The notes beneath the pieces are model-generated. The model was not told the DNA's origin. It ran no database searches and worked only from the letters and a program-made list of their open reading frames with translations. From contig JBIOTN010000186.1 of NCBI GenBank assembly GCA_044866005.1, positions 1 to 13,248 on the forward strand: a stretch of 13,248 bases of DNA. Reading direction: 5' to 3'. Of the stretch, positions 1 through 7,857 are shown piece after piece (within the stretch, counting starts at the first letter, position 1; the number at the start of each line of letters is the position of its first letter). The position numbers and the translations under genes were made by a program. The DNA comes from Candidatus Rokuibacteriota bacterium (GTDB lineage Bacteria; Methylomirabilota; Methylomirabilia; Rokubacteriales; DASRDR01).

Positions 1-105
1 CCTCCCCCGCGGTGGCGCGGGCGGAGCCCGCGCGCGGAACGCTTCGTCAGGTGGGCCGCGGCCGATCCGCCGGCGGCGGCGTAAACTCGGTCGCGTAGGA
101 ACCGC

Positions 106-1080
106 ATGAGTGACCTGACAGAGGACCCGGAGGATCCGGGCGAGATCCCGGTGGTGGCGATCGTGGGGCCGACCGGCGTCGGCAAGACGGCCCTCGCGGT
201 GGCCCTGGCGGCGGAGTGGCCGATCGAGGCCGTCAGCGTGGACTCGCGCCAGGTCTACCGCCGGATGGACATCGCGACCGGCAAGCCGACGGCGGCGGAG
301 CGGCAGAAGCTGCCGCACCACCTCGTGGACGTGGTCGAGCCCGACGAGCCGTACGACGCGGCGCGGTTCGCGCGGGAAGCGGCCGCGGCCATCGCGGACA
401 TCCGGGCACGCGGACGCTGGCCGGTCCTGGTCGGCGGGACCGGGCTCTACCTCCGGGCGCTCGTGCGCGGCCTGGCGCCGCTCCCGCCCGCCGACCTCGC
501 CCTGCGCCGCCGGCTCCGCGCCGACGCCGCCGCCGAGGGTCCCGCGGCGCTCCACGCGCGGCTCCGGGCGATGGATCCCGAGACGGCGGCGCGGCTCCAC
601 CCGCGCGACCTGGTGCGCGTGACCCGCGCGCTCGAGATCGTGGCGGCGACGGGCCAGCCGGTCGGCGCGATCTGGCGGCGCGCCCGCCAGCGCGCGCGCC
701 ACCCCTACCGGCTGCTGACCGTCGGGCTCACGATGGCCCGGCCCGACCTCTACGCCGCGCTCGACGCGCGGGTGGACCGGATGATCGCGGCCGGGCTGCT
801 GGCGGAGGTGGAGGCGCTCCTGGGGGCCGGGTTTGCGACCGATCTCCCCGCGATGCAGGGGATCGGCTACCGGCACCTGGCCCCGGTCCTGGCGGGGAGG
901 GTCCCGCTCGCGGAGGCCGTCCGCGCCATGAAGCGCGACACGCGGCGCTACGCCCGGCGACAGTGGACGTGGTTCGGGCGCGGTGACGTCACCTACTGGG
1001 TTTCCGCGACGCCGCGGGCGCCGCGCTCGGCAGTCGACGAGGTCAAGAAAATCGTTGAGCGGGCAAGCATTTTCGGCTAA
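106..1080 (+). CDS. miaA: tRNA (adenosine(37)-N6)-dimethylallyltransferase
   Basis: P-loop GPTGVGKT, DSRQVYRRMDIATGKP, PHHL.D, VGGTGLYLRAL, GIGY and TRRYARRQWTWF motifs. AGGA 5 nt before ATG106. Sits upstream of hflX, as is common. Confidence 0.97.
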   Translation: MSDLTEDPEDPGEIPVVAIVGPTGVGKTALAVALAAEWPIEAVSVDSRQVYRRMDIATGKPTAAERQKLPHHLVDVVEPDEPYDAARFAREAAAAIADIRARGRWPVLVGGTGLYLRALVRGLAPLPPADLALRRRLRADAAAEGPAALHARLRAMDPETAARLHPRDLVRVTRALEIVAATGQPVGAIWRRARQRARHPYRLLTVGLTMARPDLYAALDARVDRMIAAGLLAEVEALLGAGFATDLPAMQGIGYRHLAPVLAGRVPLAEAVRAMKRDTRRYARRQWTWFGRGDVTYWVSATPRAPRSAVDEVKKIVERASIFG

Positions 1081-1083
1081 GCT
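1055..1083 (+). promoter_or_regulatory. Putative sigma70-type promoter for hflX (TTGAGC-17 bp-TAAGCT)
   Basis: TTGAGC 1055-1060, 17-nt spacer, TAAGCT 1078-1083 in a locally AT-rich patch. The TAA is the miaA stop. Confidence 0.6.
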
Positions 1084-1092
1084 CAGACCGTC

Positions 1093-2406
1093 GTGATCGC
1101 GACTCACCGCGCTGCGGACCGAGCGATCCTCGTCGGCCTCCGACTCCCGAGACAGAAACGCTGGGAGGTAGAAGAGTCCATGGAGGAGCTGGCCCGGCTC
1201 ACCGAGACGGCCGGCGCCGAGGTGCTCGCGACCGTCCTCCAGGAGCGGGAGGCGCCGACGCCGCCGCTCCACTTCGGGCGCGGCAAGGTGGAGGAGATCC
1301 GCGACCTCGCCGCGGCGATGGGCGCCACGCTCCTCGTCTCGGACGATCCGCTCACGCCGATCCAGGAGCGCAACCTCCAGCGGGCCCTCGGGCTCCGCGT
1401 GATCGACCGGACCGCCTTGATCCTCGACATCTTCGCCCAGCGGGCCCGGACGAGCGAGGGGAAGCTTCAGGTCGAGCTGGCCCAGCTCACGTACCTGCTC
1501 CCGCGACTCGTGGGACAGTGGGCCCACCTCGAGCGGCTGGGGGGCGGCATCGGCACGCGAGGACCCGGCGAGACCCAGCTCGAGTCGGACCGCCGGGTGA
1601 TCCGGCGGCGCATCGGGCAGATCCACGCGGCGCTGCGGAACGTCCAGCGCCACCGGCGCCTCCTGCGCGCGCACCGCCGGGACGTGGGGCTGCCGGTGGT
1701 CGCGCTGGTCGGCTACACCAACGCGGGCAAGACGACGCTCCTGAACCGGCTCGCCGGGGCCGACGGCGCGACGGCCGACCAGCTCTTCGTGACGCTCGAC
1801 CCGGCGGCCCGGCTGGTGCGCACGGGCGGGCGCGCGCCGTTCGTCCTGACCGACACCGTCGGATTCATCCAGAAGCTGCCGACGCACGTGGTCGCGGCGT
1901 TCAAGGCGACGCTGGAGGAGCTGGACGAAGCGGACCTGCTGCTGCACGTGGTGGACGTGAGCCACCCGCGGGTCCACGAGCAGATGGGCGCGGTCCACCA
2001 GATCCTTCAGGAGCTGGCGCTCGGCGACAAGCCGACGCTGACCGTCCTCAACAAGGTGGACCGGCTGGCCGAGCCGGACGGCGTCCTCCGGCTGCTCGAG
2101 AGCGACGGCGGCATCGCCATATCCGCGCGGAGCGGCGCCGGCGTCGCCGGCCTGCTCGGGCGGATCGACGGCGCGCTGCGCGGTACGCGGCTGTACTGTC
2201 ACGTGCGCGTGCCCTACGATCGGGCCGCCGTGCTCGGCGACCTGTACGGGCGCGGGCGGGTGCTGCGGCGGGACGACCGGCCGGACGGGATCTGGCTCGA
2301 GGTCGAGCTGCCGCACTCGCTGGCAGGGCTCGTCGCGCCGTATTGCGTGGAGCCCCGCGGAACGAGCTGGAGCGTCCGCCGGCCGCGCGTCGCCGCGGGC
2401 CGCTGA
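1093..2406 (+). CDS. hflX: GTPase HflX
   Basis: LILDIFAQRARTSEGKLQVELAQL, GGGIGTRGPGETQLESDRR, G1 GYTNAGKT, G2 LFVTLDP, G3 DTVGFI, G4 NKVD, G5 ISA. GTG start. Confidence 0.98.
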   Translation: MIATHRAADRAILVGLRLPRQKRWEVEESMEELARLTETAGAEVLATVLQEREAPTPPLHFGRGKVEEIRDLAAAMGATLLVSDDPLTPIQERNLQRALGLRVIDRTALILDIFAQRARTSEGKLQVELAQLTYLLPRLVGQWAHLERLGGGIGTRGPGETQLESDRRVIRRRIGQIHAALRNVQRHRRLLRAHRRDVGLPVVALVGYTNAGKTTLLNRLAGADGATADQLFVTLDPAARLVRTGGRAPFVLTDTVGFIQKLPTHVVAAFKATLEELDEADLLLHVVDVSHPRVHEQMGAVHQILQELALGDKPTLTVLNKVDRLAEPDGVLRLLESDGGIAISARSGAGVAGLLGRIDGALRGTRLYCHVRVPYDRAAVLGDLYGRGRVLRRDDRPDGIWLEVELPHSLAGLVAPYCVEPRGTSWSVRRPRVAAGR

Positions 2407-2433
2407 CGCGGAATCGAAGAAGAGGAGGGTGTG

Positions 2434-3708
2434 ATGGGAGGGTGGCGTTTCGTCGTCGCGGTGTCGGTGGTGGTGGCGGCTCTCGTGGGGATGGTCGGCG
2501 GGACCGAGGCCCAGCTCTTCGGACCGAAGGCGACCGTCACGAACCCCGAGGGCAAGAGCATCGAGGAGGCGCAGCAGGAGGCCTACGACGGACCGAAGGC
2601 CCGCGTCGCCGTCGCGCGCTTCACGGACAAGACGGGGAAGGGCTGGTGGCACGGCGCCATCGGCGACGGCATGGCCGACATGCTGGCCACGGCGCTCTTC
2701 CACACGAACCGCTACATCGTGCTGGAGCGGCAGACGCTCGGTGACGTGCTGAAGGAGCAGGACCTCGGCACCGCCGGCCGGATCAAGAAGGGGACGGAGG
2801 CGGTGGTCGGCGAGATCGAGGGCGCCGAGCTCCTGGTCACCGGCGCGGTCACCGAGTTCGAGGGCGCCCAGTCGGGCGTCGGCGGCGGGCTCGGCGGCTT
2901 CGGCGGGAACGTCGGCCGGATCATCGGCGGGATCGCCGGCGGCCTCAAGAAAGCTCACATGGCGATCGACGTCCGGGTGATCGACACGAAGACCTCGCGG
3001 ATCGTGGCCGTGACGAGCGTCGAGGGCGAGGCCACGGACTTCGCGCTCGGGGGCGCCCTGGCCGGGGCGGGCGGGGGCGGCGCCCTGGGGGGCGCGCTGG
3101 GCGGGTGGTCGAAGACGCCGACCGAGAAGGCGCTCCGGATCTGCATCCAGGAGGCGGTGAAGTTCATCGTGTCGAAGACACCCCAGACCTACTACCGGCA
3201 CCGGCCGGGTGGCGCGGTGACGACGGCCGCGGCGGCCGCCCCGGCGGCGCCGGTGCGGAGCAGCGCGGCGGCGGGCGGGACGAGCGGTGCCGGCGTGTCG
3301 GGGGGGACCCCCGCCGTCGCCTCGGCGCTTCCCGCCGACGCGGCCGGGACGCCCCAGGCGCTGCGGGTGATCAAGAGCATCCGGGCGGACCTCGACAGGG
3401 AGGTCATCGCCGACCTCAACGAGGTGAAAGTGAGGGGATCGATCGTTTCGGTGATCGTCTCGCTTCGCTTCGTCGGCGACAAGTCGTCCAAGCACATCTC
3501 GCTGCACAACTCGCAGAGCGCGATCCTCAACTACGACACCGGCGAGACCGCGAAGCTCGTCAGCGCCGACGGCATGACCTCGGGCTACGTCGGCAAGGGC
3601 GAGGTGAAGACGCTCCGAGCGAACTTCCAGGTGCCGAAGGGCGCCAAGAAGGTCGGCATCACACTATCCGGCATCGGGACCTTTGACGACGTGGAGCTCG
3701 CGCAATAG
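2434..3708 (+). CDS. Secreted CsgG/HfaB-family protein with Ala/Gly linker and extra C-terminal beta-rich domain
   Basis: GGAGG 2424-2428 favours ATG2434 (GTG2431 alternative). Signal peptide ending TEA|Q. RVAVARF, GMADMLATAL..TNRYIVLERQTL..VLKEQDL, GAELLVTGAVTEF and AIDVRVIDTKTSRIV are typical of the CsgG-like (PF03783-type) domain. Confidence 0.8.
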   Translation: MGGWRFVVAVSVVVAALVGMVGGTEAQLFGPKATVTNPEGKSIEEAQQEAYDGPKARVAVARFTDKTGKGWWHGAIGDGMADMLATALFHTNRYIVLERQTLGDVLKEQDLGTAGRIKKGTEAVVGEIEGAELLVTGAVTEFEGAQSGVGGGLGGFGGNVGRIIGGIAGGLKKAHMAIDVRVIDTKTSRIVAVTSVEGEATDFALGGALAGAGGGGALGGALGGWSKTPTEKALRICIQEAVKFIVSKTPQTYYRHRPGGAVTTAAAAAPAAPVRSSAAAGGTSGAGVSGGTPAVASALPADAAGTPQALRVIKSIRADLDREVIADLNEVKVRGSIVSVIVSLRFVGDKSSKHISLHNSQSAILNYDTGETAKLVSADGMTSGYVGKGEVKTLRANFQVPKGAKKVGITLSGIGTFDDVELAQ

Positions 3709-3795
3709 CGCCGGCAGCGGTCAGGGAGACGCGGGTGGCGCCAGCGAGGGCCGCCTCGTCGCCGTAGACACCTCGCGGGAGTCCGCCGTGCGCGG

Positions 3796-3832
3796 CACCG
3801 AAGGCCCCGGGGGTCCCCCGGGGCCTTCGGTG
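3796..3832. repeat. Perfect 18-bp inverted repeat with 1-nt centre (strong hairpin; possible terminator or REP-like element)
   Basis: CACCGAAGGCCCCGGGGG (3796-3813), T, CCCCCGGGGCCTTCGGTG (3815-3832) are exact reverse complements. Only a weak U-tract (GTTCTC) follows. Confidence 0.85.
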
Positions 3833-3862
3833 GTTCTCGGGGGCGGCGTCCGGGCCTTCAGC

Positions 3863-4408
3863 ATGGGTCTGGCCAACTGGCTGACGATCGTCCGGATCGT
3901 GCTGGTCCCGGTCTTCGTCACCTTGCTCGTCTACAACCGCGTCCTCTCCGCCCTCGGCGTCTTCATCCTCGCGGGGGTGACCGACACGATGGACGGCTAC
4001 ATCGCCCGCGCGCGCGGGACGAAGACCCGGCTGGGCGCGTTCCTCGACCCGCTGGCCGACAAGCTCTTGCTCATCGCCTCCTTCGTCACGCTGACCTACA
4101 AGTTTCCGCGCGCCATGCCGTTCTGGCTCACCGCGATGGTGCTGAGCCGCGACGTCCTGCTGATCCTCGTCGCGGTGCTGATCATGCTGACCGGCGGGCA
4201 GGTGCATCCGGCCCCGACGATGCTCGGCAAGACCACCACCGCGTTCCAGATGCTCACGGTCGGCGTGGCGCTCGCCGTCGTGGGCGGGCTGCTCCCGGCG
4301 TGGCCGCTGCGCGACGGGCTCACGCCGCTCACGGCGGTGCTGACCGTGGCCTCGGGGCTCCAGTACCTGCTCCTGGCCGCGCGGTACGTCGAGTGGGAGC
4401 CCCGCTGA
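3863..4408 (+). CDS. pgsA: CDP-alcohol phosphatidyltransferase (PgsA/phosphatidylglycerophosphate synthase-like)
   Basis: MGLANWLTIVRIVLVP start, signature D..DGYIAR......T.LGAFLDPLADK, SRD and GKTTT.FQ motifs, multiple hydrophobic helices. Start reassigned from 3683 to ATG3863. Substrate specificity uncertain. Confidence 0.82.
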   Translation: MGLANWLTIVRIVLVPVFVTLLVYNRVLSALGVFILAGVTDTMDGYIARARGTKTRLGAFLDPLADKLLLIASFVTLTYKFPRAMPFWLTAMVLSRDVLLILVAVLIMLTGGQVHPAPTMLGKTTTAFQMLTVGVALAVVGGLLPAWPLRDGLTPLTAVLTVASGLQYLLLAARYVEWEPR

Positions 4409-5763
4409 TGGGCAAGCGCGTCCCCGACGCCGGCGTCCGTGTCCTGCGTGTCACGCCCGGCGGGCTCGCCGCGGAGGCGGGCCTCCGGCCCGGCGACCGG
4501 CTCGTCCGTGTCAACGGCAAGCCGTTGCGGGACCTGGTCGACCTCCACGTCTACGCGGGGGAGGAGCGGCTCGGCATCGACCTGGTGCGGGGCTGCCAGC
4601 CGCAGGCCGTGGTGCTCACCCGGCAGTGGGGCCGCGACCTCGGCCTCGAGTGCGAGCCGCCCACGCCGGCGGAGATCTCGACCTGCGCCAACAAGTGCGT
4701 CTTCTGCTTCATCCACCAGCTCCCCAGGGGGCTGCGGAAGAGCCTCTACGTCAAGGACGACGACTACCGCCTGTCCTTCCTCCACGGCAACTACATCACC
4801 CTCACGGACCTGCCGGAGAGCGAGATCGAGCGGATCGTCGAGCAGCGGCTGTCGCCCCTCTACGTCTCGGTCCACGCGACGGACCCCGCCCTCCGGCACC
4901 TCCTCCTGGGGAGCCCGAAGACCGCGCGGGGGGACCTCGTGGAGCGGCTCGCCCGGCTGGCCCGTGCCGGCATCCGCGTGCACGCCCAGATCGTCCTCTG
5001 CCCCGGGTTGAACGACGGCGCCGAGCTCGAGCGGTCCATCCGCGACCTCGCCCGGCTCCATCCGTCGGTGGCGACCGTGGCGGTCGTGCCGGTCGGGCTG
5101 ACGCGTCACCGGGACGGCCTGCCCCCGCTCCGCTCCGTCACGCCCGACGAGGCGCGCGCGCTCCTCGCCGCGATCCACGGCTGGCAGGCCGAGCACCTGG
5201 CGCGGCTCGGCACCCGCCTCTGCTTCGCGGCCGACGAACTCTACCTGCTGGCGGGAGCGCCGATCCCGCCGGCCGCCGCGTACGAGGGCTTTCCGGTGGT
5301 GGAAGACGGCGTCGGGCTGGTGCGGCGCTTCGAGGACGGGTTCCTCCGCGCCCTGAGGCGACCCGGCCGCCCGGCGACCCCGCGGCGCGCGGTGACCGTC
5401 GTCACCGGCGAGCTGTTCGCCCCGGTGCTCGCGCGACTCCTCGCTCTGGCCGGGCCGGCCGGCGCCGCGGTCGACGTCGTCGCGGTGCGGAACGAGGTCT
5501 TCGGGCCGGGGATCACCGTCGCGGGCCTCCTGACGGGCGCAGACATCGCGCGCGCCCTCACCACGCGGTCCCTCGGCGAGGTGGTGCTCGTGCCCGCGGT
5601 GGCGCTGCAGGAGTCCCGCGGAGTCTTCCTGGACGACGTCGCGCCGAGCGACCTCGGCCGCCACCTGGGGGTCCCGGTCGAGACCCCGGACGCGAGCGCC
5701 GGCGGGTTCCTGGACGCGCTGCTCGCCCGGCGCGCCGGCCGGCAGGCCACCCGGCCCGCCTGA
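4408..5763 (+). CDS. PDZ + radical-SAM-like + DUF512 Fe-S protein (TIGR03279-like)
   Basis: N-terminal PDZ-like GLRPGDRLVRVNG, CxxxCxxC (CANKCVFC), QLPRGLRKSLYVKDDDYRLSFLHGNYITLT, PLYVSVHATDP, QIVLCPGLNDG, VPVGLTRHR, ADELY, ITVAGLLTGAD. ATG4408 overlaps the pgsA stop (TGATG). Confidence 0.9.
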   Translation: MGKRVPDAGVRVLRVTPGGLAAEAGLRPGDRLVRVNGKPLRDLVDLHVYAGEERLGIDLVRGCQPQAVVLTRQWGRDLGLECEPPTPAEISTCANKCVFCFIHQLPRGLRKSLYVKDDDYRLSFLHGNYITLTDLPESEIERIVEQRLSPLYVSVHATDPALRHLLLGSPKTARGDLVERLARLARAGIRVHAQIVLCPGLNDGAELERSIRDLARLHPSVATVAVVPVGLTRHRDGLPPLRSVTPDEARALLAAIHGWQAEHLARLGTRLCFAADELYLLAGAPIPPAAAYEGFPVVEDGVGLVRRFEDGFLRALRRPGRPATPRRAVTVVTGELFAPVLARLLALAGPAGAAVDVVAVRNEVFGPGITVAGLLTGADIARALTTRSLGEVVLVPAVALQESRGVFLDDVAPSDLGRHLGVPVETPDASAGGFLDALLARRAGRQATRPA

Positions 5764-5769
5764 GGCGCC

Positions 5770-7104
5770 ATGCGGGTTCCGACCGTGGCCATCGTCGGCC
5801 GGCCCAACGTGGGCAAGTCGACGCTCTTCAACCGGCTGGTCGGCAACCGCAAGGCCATCGTCCGCGACACCCCCGGGGTCACGCGTGACCGGATCCACGG
5901 CGTCTGCCACTTCGGCGCCTGGCGCGCCGCCGTCGTGGACACGGGCGGCCTCGACCCGACGGCGGGGGAAAGCCTCACGGCGCAGGTCCGGGCCCAGGTG
6001 CTCGCCGCGATCGCGGAAGCCGATGCGCTCCTGTTCGTGGTCGACGCCAGAGAGGGCATCACCGCGCTCGACGAGGAGGTCGCCCGCCTCCTCCGGCGCG
6101 TCGCCAAGCCCGTCCTGCTGGTCGCGAACAAGGCCGAGACCGCCGCCCAGGAAGCCGCGCTCGCGGACGCCTACCGGCTCGCGATCGGCCAGCTCTTTCC
6201 CGTCTCCGCCGAGCACGGCCGCGGGATCGCCGAGCTCCTCGAGGCGCTCGCCGTCCTCCTTCCCGGGCCGCAGGAGCCGGGCGAGGAGCCCGACCCGATC
6301 CGCATCGCGGTGGTCGGCCGGCCCAACGTCGGCAAGTCCTCGCTCGTCAACAGCATCGCGGGCGAGGAGCGCGTGGTCGTCCACGCGCAGCCGGGCACGA
6401 CGCGGGACGCGGTGGACACGGCGGTGACGGTGAATGGCCGGCCGTACCTCCTCGTCGACACGGCCGGGTTGCGCCGGAAGGGGCGGACCGTCCAGGCGCT
6501 CGACAAGCTGGCCGCCGTGATGGCGCGGCGGAGCCTCCAGCGCTGCGACCTCGCGCTCGTGGTGCTCGACGCCGTCGAGGGGATGACCGCCCAGGAGGCG
6601 CGCATCGCGGGCTACGCCGAGACGGCGGGTCGCGCGGTGATCCTGGTGGCGAACAAGTGGGACGTGGTCGAGCGGGCGGACCGGGCGCCGGAGCTCGTGC
6701 GGACGCTGCGGGAGCGGATGCCGTTCCTGGCGTACGCGCCGGTCGTCTTCACCTCGGCCAAGCTCGGCAGCGGGTTGGACGCGCTGTTCAAGACCATCGA
6801 GTCGGTCGCCGCCGACTACAGCAAGGAGGTGTCCACGCCCGAGCTCAACCGGGTGCTCGGGGCGGCCGTGACCCGGCGACCGCCGGCGGGGGTCCGCGGC
6901 CGGACGCTGAAGCTCTTCTACGCCACGCAGATCGGCAAGCGCCCGCCGACCTTCCTCCTCTTCGTCAACGAGCCGAGCGCGCTCCACTTCTCCTACGAGC
7001 GCTATCTCCTGAGCGCGCTGCGGGAGGCATTCGGTTTCGTGGGCTGCCCGATCCGGCTGCGGCTCCGGCGGCGGCGCGCCTCGCGCGCAAAGGTGTTCCA
7101 GTGA
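5770..7104 (+). CDS. der: Ribosome biogenesis GTPase Der (EngA)
   Basis: Two tandem GRPNVGKS P-loops, PGVTRD/PGTTRD, DTGG/DTAG, NKAE/NKWD, and C-terminal KH-like YATQ...PPTF...YERYL. Confidence 0.98.
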   Translation: MRVPTVAIVGRPNVGKSTLFNRLVGNRKAIVRDTPGVTRDRIHGVCHFGAWRAAVVDTGGLDPTAGESLTAQVRAQVLAAIAEADALLFVVDAREGITALDEEVARLLRRVAKPVLLVANKAETAAQEAALADAYRLAIGQLFPVSAEHGRGIAELLEALAVLLPGPQEPGEEPDPIRIAVVGRPNVGKSSLVNSIAGEERVVVHAQPGTTRDAVDTAVTVNGRPYLLVDTAGLRRKGRTVQALDKLAAVMARRSLQRCDLALVVLDAVEGMTAQEARIAGYAETAGRAVILVANKWDVVERADRAPELVRTLRERMPFLAYAPVVFTSAKLGSGLDALFKTIESVAADYSKEVSTPELNRVLGAAVTRRPPAGVRGRTLKLFYATQIGKRPPTFLLFVNEPSALHFSYERYLLSALREAFGFVGCPIRLRLRRRRASRAKVFQ

Positions 7105-7811
7105 GCGGCGGCCGGCTGCGCGCCGCCGTGGTCTCGGCATGCCTCGCGGCGACCGGGCTCGCGGGCCTCGCGGGGGGGGCGGGCCCGGAGACCGGGCCCG
7201 CGGCGCGGATCCTCGACAAGGCGCCCCCGCAGCTGCCGCTCGCGGGCCCGCCTCCGGGCTGGGAGGTGAAGGAGTTCAGCGGCAAGGCCCGGGTGGAGGT
7301 CGTGCGCGCCGACGAGGCCGCCGCGCTCCACCTGGTGAGCGACGGCACCTCGTTCGCGGTCTCGAAGGCGCTCGACTTCGAGCTCCCCAAGTACCCCATG
7401 CTCACCTGGAAGTGGAAGGTCGCGCGGCTTCCGAAGGGCGGCGACGTCCGGAAGCGGGAGACCGACGACGCCGTGCAGGTCTACGTCGTCTTCCCCCGTG
7501 GTCTCGTCAAGCAGGTGCAGTCCCACATCGTCGGCTACGTCTGGGACGCGACGGCCCCGGCGGGGACCACGCTCGACAGCCCGCAGCCCTGTCCGCCGAC
7601 GTGCAACCTGAAGCTCGTGGTGATCCAGAGTGGCTCCGACAAGCTCGGGCAGTGGGTCACCGAGCGGCGGAACGTGCTCGCCGACTATCAGAGCCTGTTC
7701 CACGCCGCCCCGCCGAAGGTCGGGGCGCTGAGCGTCCAGCTCGACTCGAACGATACGCGCTCGTCCGCCGAGGCCTTCTTCCAGGACTTCGTCTTCGAGG
7801 CGGGTCGCTGA
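7101..7811 (+). CDS. Exported DUF3047-family protein
   Basis: GTG7101 overlaps the der stop (GTGA). Signal-peptide-like N-terminus, P.LTWKWKV..LP.GGD, DD...VYVVF, YVWD, VVIQSG...GQWVTERRNVLADY..LF and DSNDT motifs typical of DUF3047. The ORF-track start at 6657 lies inside der. Confidence 0.8.
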   Translation: MSGGRLRAAVVSACLAATGLAGLAGGAGPETGPAARILDKAPPQLPLAGPPPGWEVKEFSGKARVEVVRADEAAALHLVSDGTSFAVSKALDFELPKYPMLTWKWKVARLPKGGDVRKRETDDAVQVYVVFPRGLVKQVQSHIVGYVWDATAPAGTTLDSPQPCPPTCNLKLVVIQSGSDKLGQWVTERRNVLADYQSLFHAAPPKVGALSVQLDSNDTRSSAEAFFQDFVFEAGR

Positions 7812-7857
7812 GCGCGATCCTCGACCGGCCGGCCCGCCGCCCGGCCCGCTCGCGGCC

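Noticed and set aside
1..84. Possible 3' end of an upstream CDS (frame 1 open to TAA at 82-84)
   Set aside because: Only 27 codons are visible with no recognisable motif, so it cannot be supported as a feature.
2870..3110. GGC-rich repeats as a tandem repeat, CRISPR array or curlin repeats
   Set aside because: They are simply glycine codons within the CsgG-like CDS, with no repeat-spacer periodicity and no curlin Q/N motif.
3683..3862. 60-aa N-terminal extension of pgsA in the ORF track
   Set aside because: It overlaps the upstream gene and runs through the palindrome; family similarity begins at MGLANWLT (ATG3863).
6127..6138. NKAE instead of NKxD in Der GTPase domain 1
   Set aside because: This is a conservative variant that I recall in other Der proteins; all other G motifs are intact.
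4096..7140. 1014-aa minus-strand ORF and other long antisense or alternate-frame ORFs (e.g. 7657-9210, 1518-2744, 4626-5888)
   Set aside because: They are Arg/Gly/Pro/Ala-rich shadows of well-supported + strand genes, expected from stop-codon scarcity at high GC, with no recognisable motifs.
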